In this document: piece by piece, positions 51,992 to 59,917 of the stretch
How positions within the stretch are numbered: the stretch's first letter is position 1
How the letters are laid out: each line of letters begins with the position of its first letter
From: a virus
Length of the DNA: 64,000 nt
Direction: 5' to 3' (one strand)
IMG/VR virus record: IMGVR_UViG_3300042887_001434
Coordinates: 3,021-67,020 of that record
Program-made: the position numbers and the translations under genes
Notes under the pieces: model-generated
Told to the model about the DNA's origin: nothing
Database searches by the model: none
Seen by the model: only the letters and a program-made list of their open reading frames with translations

Positions 51992-52008
51992 AGCATTTAT
52001 CATGCCAA
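51992..52008 (-). promoter_or_regulatory. Sigma54-type promoter 7
   Basis: Reverse complement is TTGGCATGATAAATGCT, ending 14 nt before ATG 51977. Confidence 0.7.
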
Positions 52009-52010
52009 TG

Positions 52011-52253
52011 TTATTGGAAATCGTTTACCTCTGCCCAATTTATCTTTATGTCTTCATAGATTGGTTTGCATGGCGGGGTCTTTAGCTTAACCCCGCATGC
52101 TTCGCGTAACCATAATTCAATAACCAACCTAGCTTGCATCGAAGCAGTCCTGTAATTCAGCTTTGCGCTTTTCTCTACTTCGCGCATGATTTGTTTTGTT
52201 ACAATGACTCCAAGGTGGTGCGAGTCTAGGTCTGGGTCTTTGATTACTGACAT
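52011..52253 (-). CDS. Arc-like ribbon-helix-helix protein
   Basis: LGVIVTKQIMREVEKSAKLNYRTASMQARLVIELWL. Confidence 0.6.
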   Translation of the reverse strand: MSVIKDPDLDSHHLGVIVTKQIMREVEKSAKLNYRTASMQARLVIELWLREACGVKLKTPPCKPIYEDIKINWAEVNDFQ

Positions 52254-52367
52254 GATTCACATTCGGGATCGTCGATGCGACAAACTTTTACCTTTTCATC
52301 AGCAAAATCATCATCAACATCGTCACGATTAGTGCTATTTGAAACCATTCCATTTGGCTCATCCATA

Positions 52368-52592
52368 TTACCAAGGAATATCATCTTTTGTTTCAGATGC
52401 TTTTGCTTCTTTTACGTATGGTTCACGAACTGAGAGAGAAGTGAATTCAGTTCCTTTAGCTGAAGTTTTTTTCCAGCCCGAAATCTCCCACTCTTTTCCT
52501 TCGATGTTGATTTGACCAGTAAAGTCTGGTTGCTTTTCATTTTTCTTTTTGTTCGTAAACAAAACGCCGCGATTTGTATTATCGTACTCCAT
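52368..52592 (-). CDS. Small ssDNA-binding protein (DUF736-like)
   Basis: GVLFTN.KK...PDFTG.I...G....ISGW with acidic DDIPW tail; next to Erf. Confidence 0.7.
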   Translation of the reverse strand: MEYDNTNRGVLFTNKKKNEKQPDFTGQINIEGKEWEISGWKKTSAKGTEFTSLSVREPYVKEAKASETKDDIPW

Positions 52593-52593
52593 A

Positions 52594-53325
52594 TTATTTA
52601 ACTAATGCTTTCCATTCTATAATTACGTTGGTTGTTTTTTCTAATTCTTTTAGAAACTTATCTGCTGTTCCTTCTTTCATAGCGAAGTAGTCTTTAGCTG
52701 CCGCTGGAATCGCTCCAGAATGGCGCATAGCTGCCATGAAATCGTCTTGGGTATGTCCTGCCTTCATTAGAGCTTGGAATAACTCTTGGTGTGAAGGACC
52801 ATTGAACTTGGAAGTCCCCGATTCAACTTTAGGTTCTTCTTGTTTGACTGGTTTAGGTTCTTCTTTCTTCGCAACCTTAATTTCTGGTTCGGCTTTTGTG
52901 AATGTTGGCTTATGTTGTTGGACATTTTGTGTCCTGCCCATTGCGACTTCACCATCGTCATCCTCTGGACAAATCATGGTCATTGCTTGGAGTGCATATC
53001 TGCGAGCGTAAGAAATCAAACTACCAACTCCTTGAGGATCGTCTTTCACTACCTTCATGTATGTCCTATTCTTAATCCATTGTCCGCTTCCATGGATCAT
53101 CATTGTTTCAACATAGTAGCCATGCTCATCGTGAGACGGCATCTGCACGATTGATAGTCCATGTTTAGTTAATGCAGGACGAACTGCCTCCCAAACTGAA
53201 GCAAGCGTAGCGTACTTCGATTTAAAAAAAGGATTAGCTGCATCCTTGATTACGATTCCGTTTTCGGCTTGCGCTTTTGCAAGAGCAACCGCTAATTCGC
53301 TGATGTCATCTGAGTGTGTGTTCAT
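52594..53325 (-). CDS. erf: Erf-family ssDNA annealing protein
   Basis: NPFFKSKYA.L, HGSGQW, PQGVGSLISYARRYAL, EDDDG. Confidence 0.92.
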   Translation of the reverse strand: MNTHSDDISELAVALAKAQAENGIVIKDAANPFFKSKYATLASVWEAVRPALTKHGLSIVQMPSHDEHGYYVETMMIHGSGQWIKNRTYMKVVKDDPQGVGSLISYARRYALQAMTMICPEDDDGEVAMGRTQNVQQHKPTFTKAEPEIKVAKKEEPKPVKQEEPKVESGTSKFNGPSHQELFQALMKAGHTQDDFMAAMRHSGAIPAAAKDYFAMKEGTADKFLKELEKTTNVIIEWKALVK

Positions 53326-53366
53326 TGAATTTTTAGTATTAAATTTTTTTTAATGGAATGCAAGCA

Positions 53367-54122
53367 CTATTTTTTAGGAGGCACATAATTGTTTGAATGC
53401 TGCCAATAGGCGGAAACGTGCTGGAATGCATTGTATTCTTTTTCTAGGGTCGCTTCGTCATACCACGCTTCACCAATGCGTCCAGGTTCTGTTGTTGAAA
53501 TGTAAAGATTGCAACCACGTTTTGCTCCCACGATAGAAGCGTAAGCACTGATCTGCATTGGTTCTTTTGACCATGGCTTGATTTCATACTCCGATTTTGT
53601 TTTGCGGGATTTGTAGTCGAGGATATGAAGAACTCCATCTTTCTCAATTAACGCATCCGTTGTTCCAGCGTAACCAACTTCGTGATTAACCAATCGCAAT
53701 TCATGCTGCAAAAATTTAATGCGATTATGTTCTGCCCACTTTTTCACTGGAGCTACGTAGCTTTCCATCTCTGGAGCGTATTGCAGTCCTTGGAAGTGTG
53801 CCTCCAATGCTGCGTGAATCTGTGTTCCGAGGTCAGCCGCATCGTCAACTTGCTTGAATGCGTCTTGCATGATGCGAGACATATATGATTCATCATCCTC
53901 ATCTGCTTGGCGAGGTAGTGTCATGCTTGCGAGCAATACTTGTTGTTGCTTCCATTTGTCCAATTCTGGTGCTGCAAGCACCTTCATTATTGTTGTCACC
54001 GAAGGATACCATCCCTCACTTCTTGCATCGCGCAATGTTGTTGAACGGATCTTCCCATTCTTTCCAACGATTGTGTGCTTTGCTTCTCCGTTCCTATCAT
54101 ACCAATGTCCTGATGTGTTCAT
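53367..54122 (-). CDS. PD-(D/E)XK exonuclease
   Basis: PSVTTI, GTQIH, YAGTTD, ILDYKS, QISAYA; adjacent to erf. Confidence 0.85.
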   Translation of the reverse strand: MNTSGHWYDRNGEAKHTIVGKNGKIRSTTLRDARSEGWYPSVTTIMKVLAAPELDKWKQQQVLLASMTLPRQADEDDESYMSRIMQDAFKQVDDAADLGTQIHAALEAHFQGLQYAPEMESYVAPVKKWAEHNRIKFLQHELRLVNHEVGYAGTTDALIEKDGVLHILDYKSRKTKSEYEIKPWSKEPMQISAYASIVGAKRGCNLYISTTEPGRIGEAWYDEATLEKEYNAFQHVSAYWQHSNNYVPPKK

Positions 54123-54346
54123 GTTTTTTGTGTTATTGTTACTGACGTTTCTTTTTTTACTACTGCTGACGAAATCTTTTTTAGAATTACGATGTTCGAT
54201 TCACCCGTATCTTCATCTAGGAAGATCTCTGATTCTTTTTTGAAGAGTTCTTCCATTGCTTGAAGCGAGTTGAATGGTCCGTAAATCTCTCCGTCTTCGC
54301 ACAGGAAATAAAACTCTGTGCCGTCTTGCGGTTCTATGTGTAGCAT
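54119..54346 (-). CDS. Hypothetical protein
   Basis: 75 aa, contains GPFNS. Confidence 0.55.
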   Translation of the reverse strand: MLHIEPQDGTEFYFLCEDGEIYGPFNSLQAMEELFKKESEIFLDEDTGESNIVILKKISSAVVKKETSVTITQKT

Positions 54347-54450
54347 AATTTTATTTTACTGCGATCAGATACCCAACGAATGAGTATCCAAGCACTATGA
54401 TAACGAATGCAATTAGCATTGCGAACTTAGCTTTTGTTTTAGTGTTCATG

Positions 54451-55314
54451 TTAAAACTCGAATACCCGATTCCTAAATTCTAGCAAGTGTCTTTCTTCAA
54501 CGCAACGTAATTCGTATGTTGATGAGTTAGTATTTTCTTTCAACCACTCAATACACTCTTGCTCCTCGCCAGCATCTTTAATTTGCTTCCACATGGGATT
54601 CTTTTTGTCTGTAGTTTGATTAGGTGTAAATTCTTTCTTCGCTTGTTCGACAATAATCTCGTCATCCCATCGTTGGTTGCGAATCCATGTATCGGGGTTC
54701 GGGATATATTGTTTATCCTGCCACTGCTGGCAAACCTTGAATTTCTCAAGAGCAGGAATGATTACACTCATGTTTGGTTTAGATTTATAGAATGCTCTCC
54801 TAGCTTGTTCTTTCGATACTTTTTTGGGGTAAGCGTTCCAGAATTTTTCAAAGTCTTCAGCTAACGGATGTATTTTATTATTAGTATTAGGTATTTTAAT
54901 ACCAGTACTAGGTATTTGTATGGGGTTTTCCCACACTGTGGTCGATCCACCCTGTGGAAAATCCGTAGGGTGGTTCTGCACAAACTTAACACCAACATAC
55001 CAACCAACAACCTTGCCTGTTGAATCTTTGCGTTGAATGTCCTCGATAAACCCCGCATCTTTGAGTTGATTCTTTGCTTTTGCGAACTTGTCGCGCCCCC
55101 AATCGAGTGCCGTCATTGCATAGTCGCTTGTAGCGTACACGGCATTGTTGTGTTGCCACTTTCTTGTGTAGCAATAGAACGTGTAAAGGGCTATTACGTC
55201 CGATGGATTCTCCATCCGCAGCATTCTATCTATGGATGGTTTTGTAATGCCAATAAGGTGATCTTCGATTGATCCACCAACGAATGATTCACCATGTTCA
55301 ACTTTGAATTTCAT
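54451..55314 (-). CDS. Phage replication initiator (lambda O/DnaD-like architecture)
   Basis: N-terminal winged HTH, linker with DNA repeats, FEKFWNAYPKKVSK...YIPNPDTWIRNQRWDDE; ATG at 55314 preferred. Confidence 0.8.
   Translation of the reverse strand: MKFKVEHGESFVGGSIEDHLIGITKPSIDRMLRMENPSDVIALYTFYCYTRKWQHNNAVYATSDYAMTALDWGRDKFAKAKNQLKDAGFIEDIQRKDSTGKVVGWYVGVKFVQNHPTDFPQGGSTTVWENPIQIPSTGIKIPNTNNKIHPLAEDFEKFWNAYPKKVSKEQARRAFYKSKPNMSVIIPALEKFKVCQQWQDKQYIPNPDTWIRNQRWDDEIIVEQAKKEFTPNQTTDKKNPMWKQIKDAGEEQECIEWLKENTNSSTYELRCVEERHLLEFRNRVFEF
54870..54973. other. Putative replication origin inside the initiator gene
   Basis: CCACACTGTGG (54931), CCACCCTGTGG (54947), CCGTAGGGTGG (54963) at 16-bp spacing next to an AT-rich tract. 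Confidence 0.6.
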
Positions 55315-55318
55315 AATT

Positions 55319-55408
55319 AAAAAAAATCCCCACCTCACGTAGAACTCCTAGCTAACAGCATAGGCATGAGGCAGGGTAAAATATTTTCTATGTCGGTTCT
55401 AAACGACA
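55319..55408 (-). promoter_or_regulatory. Initiator-gene leader with loop-loop complementary hairpins
   Basis: Minus strand TGTCG-TTTAGAAC-CGACA, then a 12-bp stem enclosing unpaired AGTTCTA, then a T run and ATG. Confidence 0.65.
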
Positions 55409-55450
55409 ATCCTTGTGGATGTATTTTTTATATCACATAAGAATCAGATG

Positions 55451-56086
55451 TCAAAATAAAGCATCGTAGATAGCTGGGAATTCTTTTTTGAATATCACCT
55501 TTAATGCTTCAGCAATGTCTCTGTGTTCCTTCTGTGTGTCTTGATTACTGCGAAGCTGGAGGTAGGTTATCCATGAGCGAATAGTTCCAGACATATACAA
55601 GGTGGTCTGCGTGTTGAGAGGCAGGATAAATCTTGCCGATTCACGGGCAACACCAGAGTCTATTAGTTTATTGTACAACAATTGTGACTCATGTTGTAGT
55701 TGATACATCCAAGCTCTGTCCTCTGGAGCTAAATCAAAGTCTTCATCACCAACCTGACGATTTGTTTTACCCTGACGGCGCAATTCAATTGGCTCAAGTT
55801 CAGTTACCGATGAGTACCTTTGACTGAATTCTTGAAATGAAAACGACCTGTGACGTAGAATCTGTGCGGCTATAGCTCTACTTGTCTTGATTTCACAGCA
55901 CATATTTACCATCTCAAAGATTGACCAATGATGGTGGTCGGCACAATACCTCAACAACTTTGATGATGTTGAAGTATTGAGTTGGTTACTTGGATTTGAA
56001 ACCCTCGCACAATAAGCTACAAGCTCCTCTGCTGTGTTGATTCCTTCTACACAGGGTTTGGTGACGCTTATCAGTTTTACTTGCAT
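55451..56086 (-). CDS. thyX: Flavin-dependent thymidylate synthase
   Basis: CARVS, HWSIFE, RHRSFSFQEFSQRY, ESARFILP, TQKEHR. Confidence 0.95.
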   Translation of the reverse strand: MQVKLISVTKPCVEGINTAEELVAYCARVSNPSNQLNTSTSSKLLRYCADHHHWSIFEMVNMCCEIKTSRAIAAQILRHRSFSFQEFSQRYSSVTELEPIELRRQGKTNRQVGDEDFDLAPEDRAWMYQLQHESQLLYNKLIDSGVARESARFILPLNTQTTLYMSGTIRSWITYLQLRSNQDTQKEHRDIAEALKVIFKKEFPAIYDALF

Positions 56087-56613
56087 AGCTGATTTATATT
56101 TTTGCTCACCCACTCTGCCACACGAATAGCCTGTGGAGTTTCTTCTTTTATGATGGACTCATAGCACACATCACCATATGCACGGAATATCTGAATGTTA
56201 TTTAGCAACCATCCCATGTGGTAGCCTTGACGCATAAAGTCACGGAACTTCTCAGTCATTACTTTATCGAGAACATAATTCCTGCATCCGAATTTATGCT
56301 CCCAATACTCTTTGGGTTGGCAGTTGATATGCCCATGACCACCTTGCCCTGGAAGTGCCGCAGAAAACATAATGACTGGAGCTAATTCTATCAGCTTATC
56401 AACCACATAATCCGCTTCATATGGGTCGATATGTTCCGCAACCTCCAAGCAAAGTGCCATGTCATATCTTTCCTCAACAGAGTAATCAAACATGCTAACA
56501 ACCTTTTCAGGACACAATGGGTCAGGATCAATGCCATCTACGATAAATCCACAATCTCGCAGTGCCTTCACGTAGATTGCTGGACCACAACCGACATCAA
56601 TTATTCGTTTCAT
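56077..56613 (-). CDS. Class I SAM-dependent methyltransferase
   Basis: IIDVGCGP, DMALCLEVAEHI, FSAALPGQGGHGHINCQ. Confidence 0.88.
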   Translation of the reverse strand: MKRIIDVGCGPAIYVKALRDCGFIVDGIDPDPLCPEKVVSMFDYSVEERYDMALCLEVAEHIDPYEADYVVDKLIELAPVIMFSAALPGQGGHGHINCQPKEYWEHKFGCRNYVLDKVMTEKFRDFMRQGYHMGWLLNNIQIFRAYGDVCYESIIKEETPQAIRVAEWVSKNINQLCK

Positions 56614-57728
56614 TTACTTGGATACTCCATACTCATTGCGTTAATGTTATTCCCGTCTGCATACCATCCCTTGTCTTGATATACATCTAGCACGTCCTCG
56701 AAATACTTTTCATATCTAGGCCAAACATTCTCAAGCGAAAAGTTTTCTCCCCATTTCCTGCAATTCTCTGGCTTAATCTGGTCGATGTTTTCGACCGCAT
56801 CCACAAAATCACCCATAGTCCGACACCTAAATCCTGTTACTCCATGTAGGTTATTTTCCGCAAACGATCCCCAATCGGTGGTTATTGTAGGAGTACCAGA
56901 CAATAAGTTTTCAATTTGAACTCCACCAAATGGCTCAACATACATCGAAGGCAAGAACGATGCCTTAGCATTTGCCATTAGTTTCTTCCTAGTTGCTACA
57001 TTTGCGTAACCAACATACTCAACATGGTCAGGAAGTTTGTATCCTTCTTCTTTTTGTCCAGCGATAACAAGTTTAACTCCAGCTTTTTCAGTCGCTTGAA
57101 TAGCTACATCAACTCCTTTGCCATTGTACACCCTGCCCAAATATAAAAAGTAATCTTCTTTCTTAGCGTTGAAGTCGAAATCTTCTACTTCAAAGTAGTT
57201 CGGAATAACAACATCGTACCAATCTTGCTGGCACGTTCCAACATTTTTCATGCCACAATAAGCATGGTAAATTGCATAGGATTCCCACACCTTCCATCGC
57301 GCCCAGTGACCCCCCGCATACCCAATTCCTGGTTCAACTGTTATAAGGTCTTGATGTGCATCGCATATAGGTCGTACTCCGCTGCCCCAAAATGGAAGAA
57401 TAAAGTCATACTTTTTCTTTCTAAAACCTATCTCACGAATAGCGTTTTTATAGAAGGTTTGATAGGCATCGTCCTGAGTATTGTACGTAAAAAATTTACT
57501 CTTCCAATCATGCGTTCCATAGACACGCATAAAGTCATCGTTCGTTAATACTGGAACGTGTTCAGCACAGATTGGATCTGAGTCTTCATGTCCGTAATGT
57601 ATTACATTGTGACCATTTGCTGTAGCCATTTTTGCAAACTTCCAAACTTTTTGAGTATAAGCGCATGCGTTAAACTCTTTACTTGTAACAGTATGTGGTA
57701 ATCCGAGTATGTGATATGTATGTTTCAT
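56610..57728 (-). CDS. GT4-family glycosyltransferase
   Basis: VIPNYF, YLGRV...KG, LPSMYVEPFGGVQIENLLSGTPTIT. Confidence 0.9.
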   Translation of the reverse strand: MKHTYHILGLPHTVTSKEFNACAYTQKVWKFAKMATANGHNVIHYGHEDSDPICAEHVPVLTNDDFMRVYGTHDWKSKFFTYNTQDDAYQTFYKNAIREIGFRKKKYDFILPFWGSGVRPICDAHQDLITVEPGIGYAGGHWARWKVWESYAIYHAYCGMKNVGTCQQDWYDVVIPNYFEVEDFDFNAKKEDYFLYLGRVYNGKGVDVAIQATEKAGVKLVIAGQKEEGYKLPDHVEYVGYANVATRKKLMANAKASFLPSMYVEPFGGVQIENLLSGTPTITTDWGSFAENNLHGVTGFRCRTMGDFVDAVENIDQIKPENCRKWGENFSLENVWPRYEKYFEDVLDVYQDKGWYADGNNINAMSMEYPSK

Positions 57729-57919
57729 TGTATGTTGTTGTCTTTTTTTATTCTAGCGTAAGCGTTCATTAATTCCACGATTGCCATGTCAATCCACATG
57801 CAACAGTCCACATAATCTTTTTTTTCATATGAAGATTTAGCAAGTGTTATGTCTGAATTGGCGTTCCCAATATTGATCCACGCTGCAAGATCAGGTGGAT
57901 TTACTTTTTTTATTTCCAT
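57725..57919 (-). CDS. Hypothetical protein
   Basis: Coupled small ORF. Confidence 0.55.
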   Translation of the reverse strand: MEIKKVNPPDLAAWINIGNANSDITLAKSSYEKKDYVDCCMWIDMAIVELMNAYARIKKDNNIQ

Positions 57920-58176
57920 TATAAAAATTCCAAAAATATTGGTGTCTTTTCACCAACATAAGCCCCCTCTACATTGAAAGAAAAATATTCAATAGCTTCT
58001 TCCTCGCTCATGGTTTCCTGTAATATTCTCAAACATCTTTCTTTGTCATAAATCGCAAATGGTTTTCCAAATTGCCTTCCTATTCCTAGGAAAGCATCAT
58101 CAAAACCATCAGCTAATAATATTGACTCTTCGTCATTGAGATAATCAGCAAGTTTATCTTCTACTTTTATGTTCAT
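57919..58176 (-). CDS. Phage hypothetical protein
   Basis: ADGFDDAFLGI...MSEEEAIEYFSFNVEGAYVGEKTPIF. Confidence 0.75.
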   Translation of the reverse strand: MNIKVEDKLADYLNDEESILLADGFDDAFLGIGRQFGKPFAIYDKERCLRILQETMSEEEAIEYFSFNVEGAYVGEKTPIFLEFL

Positions 58177-58185
58177 TGAACTGTT

Positions 58186-58217
58186 ACATTGACATGACTC
58201 TACATGTAGGTCAATAT
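58186..58217. promoter_or_regulatory. Symmetric bidirectional sigma70-type promoter
   Basis: Plus strand TTGACA-N17-CAATAT; minus strand TTGACC-N17-CAATGT; between divergent starts 58176 and 58225. Confidence 0.6.
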
Positions 58218-58224
58218 ATTTTCG

Positions 58225-58488
58225 ATGAAGTGTCAGAATTGTAGTGGAAAATTAGAAACTATCGAAAGCAGATCGCTTGAAACTAACGATGGTATAAGTT
58301 TTGTTAGAAGAACTAAAAGATGTAAGAATAAGCACTTGTTTATCACACATGAAATGACATTAGATATTTCTCCAATCCCTGATATTTACAGGGTGAAGAG
58401 AGTTAGGAAAGCAAACAAACCAAAACCAAAAAAGATCCATTCCTTAGACTGGGTTGAGCGCATACAAAATAAACTAAATGAACTATAA
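58225..58488 (+). CDS. NrdR-like zinc-ribbon protein
   Basis: MKCQNC...IESR...VRRTKRCKNKHLFITHE. Confidence 0.7.
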   Translation: MKCQNCSGKLETIESRSLETNDGISFVRRTKRCKNKHLFITHEMTLDISPIPDIYRVKRVRKANKPKPKKIHSLDWVERIQNKLNEL

Positions 58489-58828
58489 TGAATTCGTAAA
58501 AGCACTATTGAAATCTGGTGATCAAATCAAAAATGAACTGACTCCATCAGAGTGTCACCTAATCCACATGACTCTTGGGTTAAGCGGGGAAGCTGGAGAA
58601 TTGTTGGATGCAGTCAAGAAGTCAACGATCTATCGCAAGCCACTAGACATGGAGAATGTGTTAGAAGAACTTGGTGACATTGAGTTCTTCTTGGAAGGGT
58701 TTCGTCAGTCAGTAGGACTAACTCGTGAGCAATGCATTGAATCTAACGTAACAAAGTTATCAACTAGATACCACAAGCTGTCATATTCCGACAGTCAGGC
58801 GCAAGAAAGAGCAGACAAGAATGTTTAG
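58478..58828 (+). CDS. MazG-like nucleotide pyrophosphohydrolase
   Basis: LGLSGEAGELLDAVKK...EELGDIEFFL...N..KL..RY. Confidence 0.85.
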   Translation: MNYNEFVKALLKSGDQIKNELTPSECHLIHMTLGLSGEAGELLDAVKKSTIYRKPLDMENVLEELGDIEFFLEGFRQSVGLTREQCIESNVTKLSTRYHKLSYSDSQAQERADKNV

Positions 58829-59084
58829 GTCTAAAAAACCTATGAATAAAGTTTCTTCTAAACACAAGAAGAAGCTCATGGAATATTCCAAGATAAGAAA
58901 AGAGTACATGATGCTACATATGTTTTGCGAAGTTTGTGGTGTTCCAGCAACTGACATCCATCACAAAGAACGCAGGGGGTTGAATATGTGCAACGCCGAA
59001 ACATTCATGTCTGTGTGCAGACAATGCCACATGAAAATAGAATCGAACGGCAAGTGGGCTAGGGAAATGGGATACCTTGTATGA
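58821..59084 (+). CDS. HNH-like zinc-binding protein
   Basis: CEVC...ATDIHHK..RG...VCRQCH..I. Confidence 0.8.
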   Translation: MFRSKKPMNKVSSKHKKKLMEYSKIRKEYMMLHMFCEVCGVPATDIHHKERRGLNMCNAETFMSVCRQCHMKIESNGKWAREMGYLV

Positions 59085-59545
59085 CTGAAGTTGAACTTCG
59101 TAAAATGTTCCCTAATGCCTCTAATGGATTTCTGAAGGCAAACCATGGGTCTTTCTATGAAAACATCGTGGAGAGGCGTATAGCGCAAAAGAAGTATGAA
59201 TTAAAAGATGAACTCAATAAAGATAACTATAAACTACAGGACTCCTTCGTTGAATGTAACAAAGCGTCAGCATTGGGCAGTCCAACTAAAAGAAAAAAAG
59301 ATAGCATGGGAGGCTTGCAGGAAAGGGTGCGAATCAAATTCACAGGTCACAGGGTCAAGCCCCTCGATCCAGACAACTTTGCTGGATCAGTTAAAGACTG
59401 CCTCGATTTTCTCCATAGAAGCGGGATTATCGAAGGCGACGAACCATGGAAAATCATCCTCGAAACAGACCAAGAAAAAGTTAAACATTACGAAGAAGAA
59501 AAAACTGAAATAGAAATTCAATATCCTATTGACTATTTTAATTAA
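59081..59545 (+). CDS. RusA-like Holliday junction resolvase, catalytic frame
   Basis: LDPDNFAGSVKDCLDFL..SGIIEGD matches the RusA D-x-DN-x-K-xxx-D motif. Confidence 0.8.
   Translation: MTEVELRKMFPNASNGFLKANHGSFYENIVERRIAQKKYELKDELNKDNYKLQDSFVECNKASALGSPTKRKKDSMGGLQERVRIKFTGHRVKPLDPDNFAGSVKDCLDFLHRSGIIEGDEPWKIILETDQEKVKHYEEEKTEIEIQYPIDYFN
59208..59513 (+). CDS. Overlapping ORF encoding a RusA-like N-terminus
   Basis: IKITINYRTPSLN....HW....KEKK..W; A_AAA_AAG at 59294-59300. Confidence 0.6.
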   Translation: MNSIKITINYRTPSLNVTKRQHWAVQLKEKKIAWEACRKGCESNSQVTGSSPSIQTTLLDQLKTASIFSIEAGLSKATNHGKSSSKQTKKKLNITKKKKLK

Positions 59546-59612
59546 TTAGTTAAATTAACCACGCATCATTCGTTTCGTGTTCTGATGGTGCGTTTATGTT
59601 ATGTGTTCATTG

Positions 59613-59646
59613 GAAGGGAGGGGGTTGTTCCCCTCCCTTCTCTTTT
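59613..59646. terminator. Strong hairpin terminator between convergent operons
   Basis: GAAGGGAGGGG/CCCCTCCCTTC 11-bp stem plus TCTTTT. Confidence 0.75.
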
Positions 59647-59917
59647 ACTTCTTGAACCTAAAGAATGACATCTCCCGTGTTGATCCTAGATGTATCACTT
59701 TGAATTTCTTTCCTTCAAACCTTTTGTCTTTTTTCATCTTGTCAAGGCATGCAGTCTTTTTAATTTTAAGTTTTTGGCAAAGTTCAAAAGTAGGAATCCA
59801 TCCTTCTTTTTTTAAATCATCAATTGTATGTTTTGTGCATTCGTTAAAAAATGCATGCCATGCTGACTCCATTACTTTATTGTTAGACAATAGTGATTGT
59901 TTCTTGACGTGGGTCAT
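59645..59917 (-). CDS. Small basic hypothetical protein (possible winged HTH)
   Basis: EGWIPTFELCQKLKI; overlaps the phosphoesterase end. Confidence 0.5.
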   Translation of the reverse strand: MTHVKKQSLLSNNKVMESAWHAFFNECTKHTIDDLKKEGWIPTFELCQKLKIKKTACLDKMKKDKRFEGKKFKVIHLGSTREMSFFRFKK

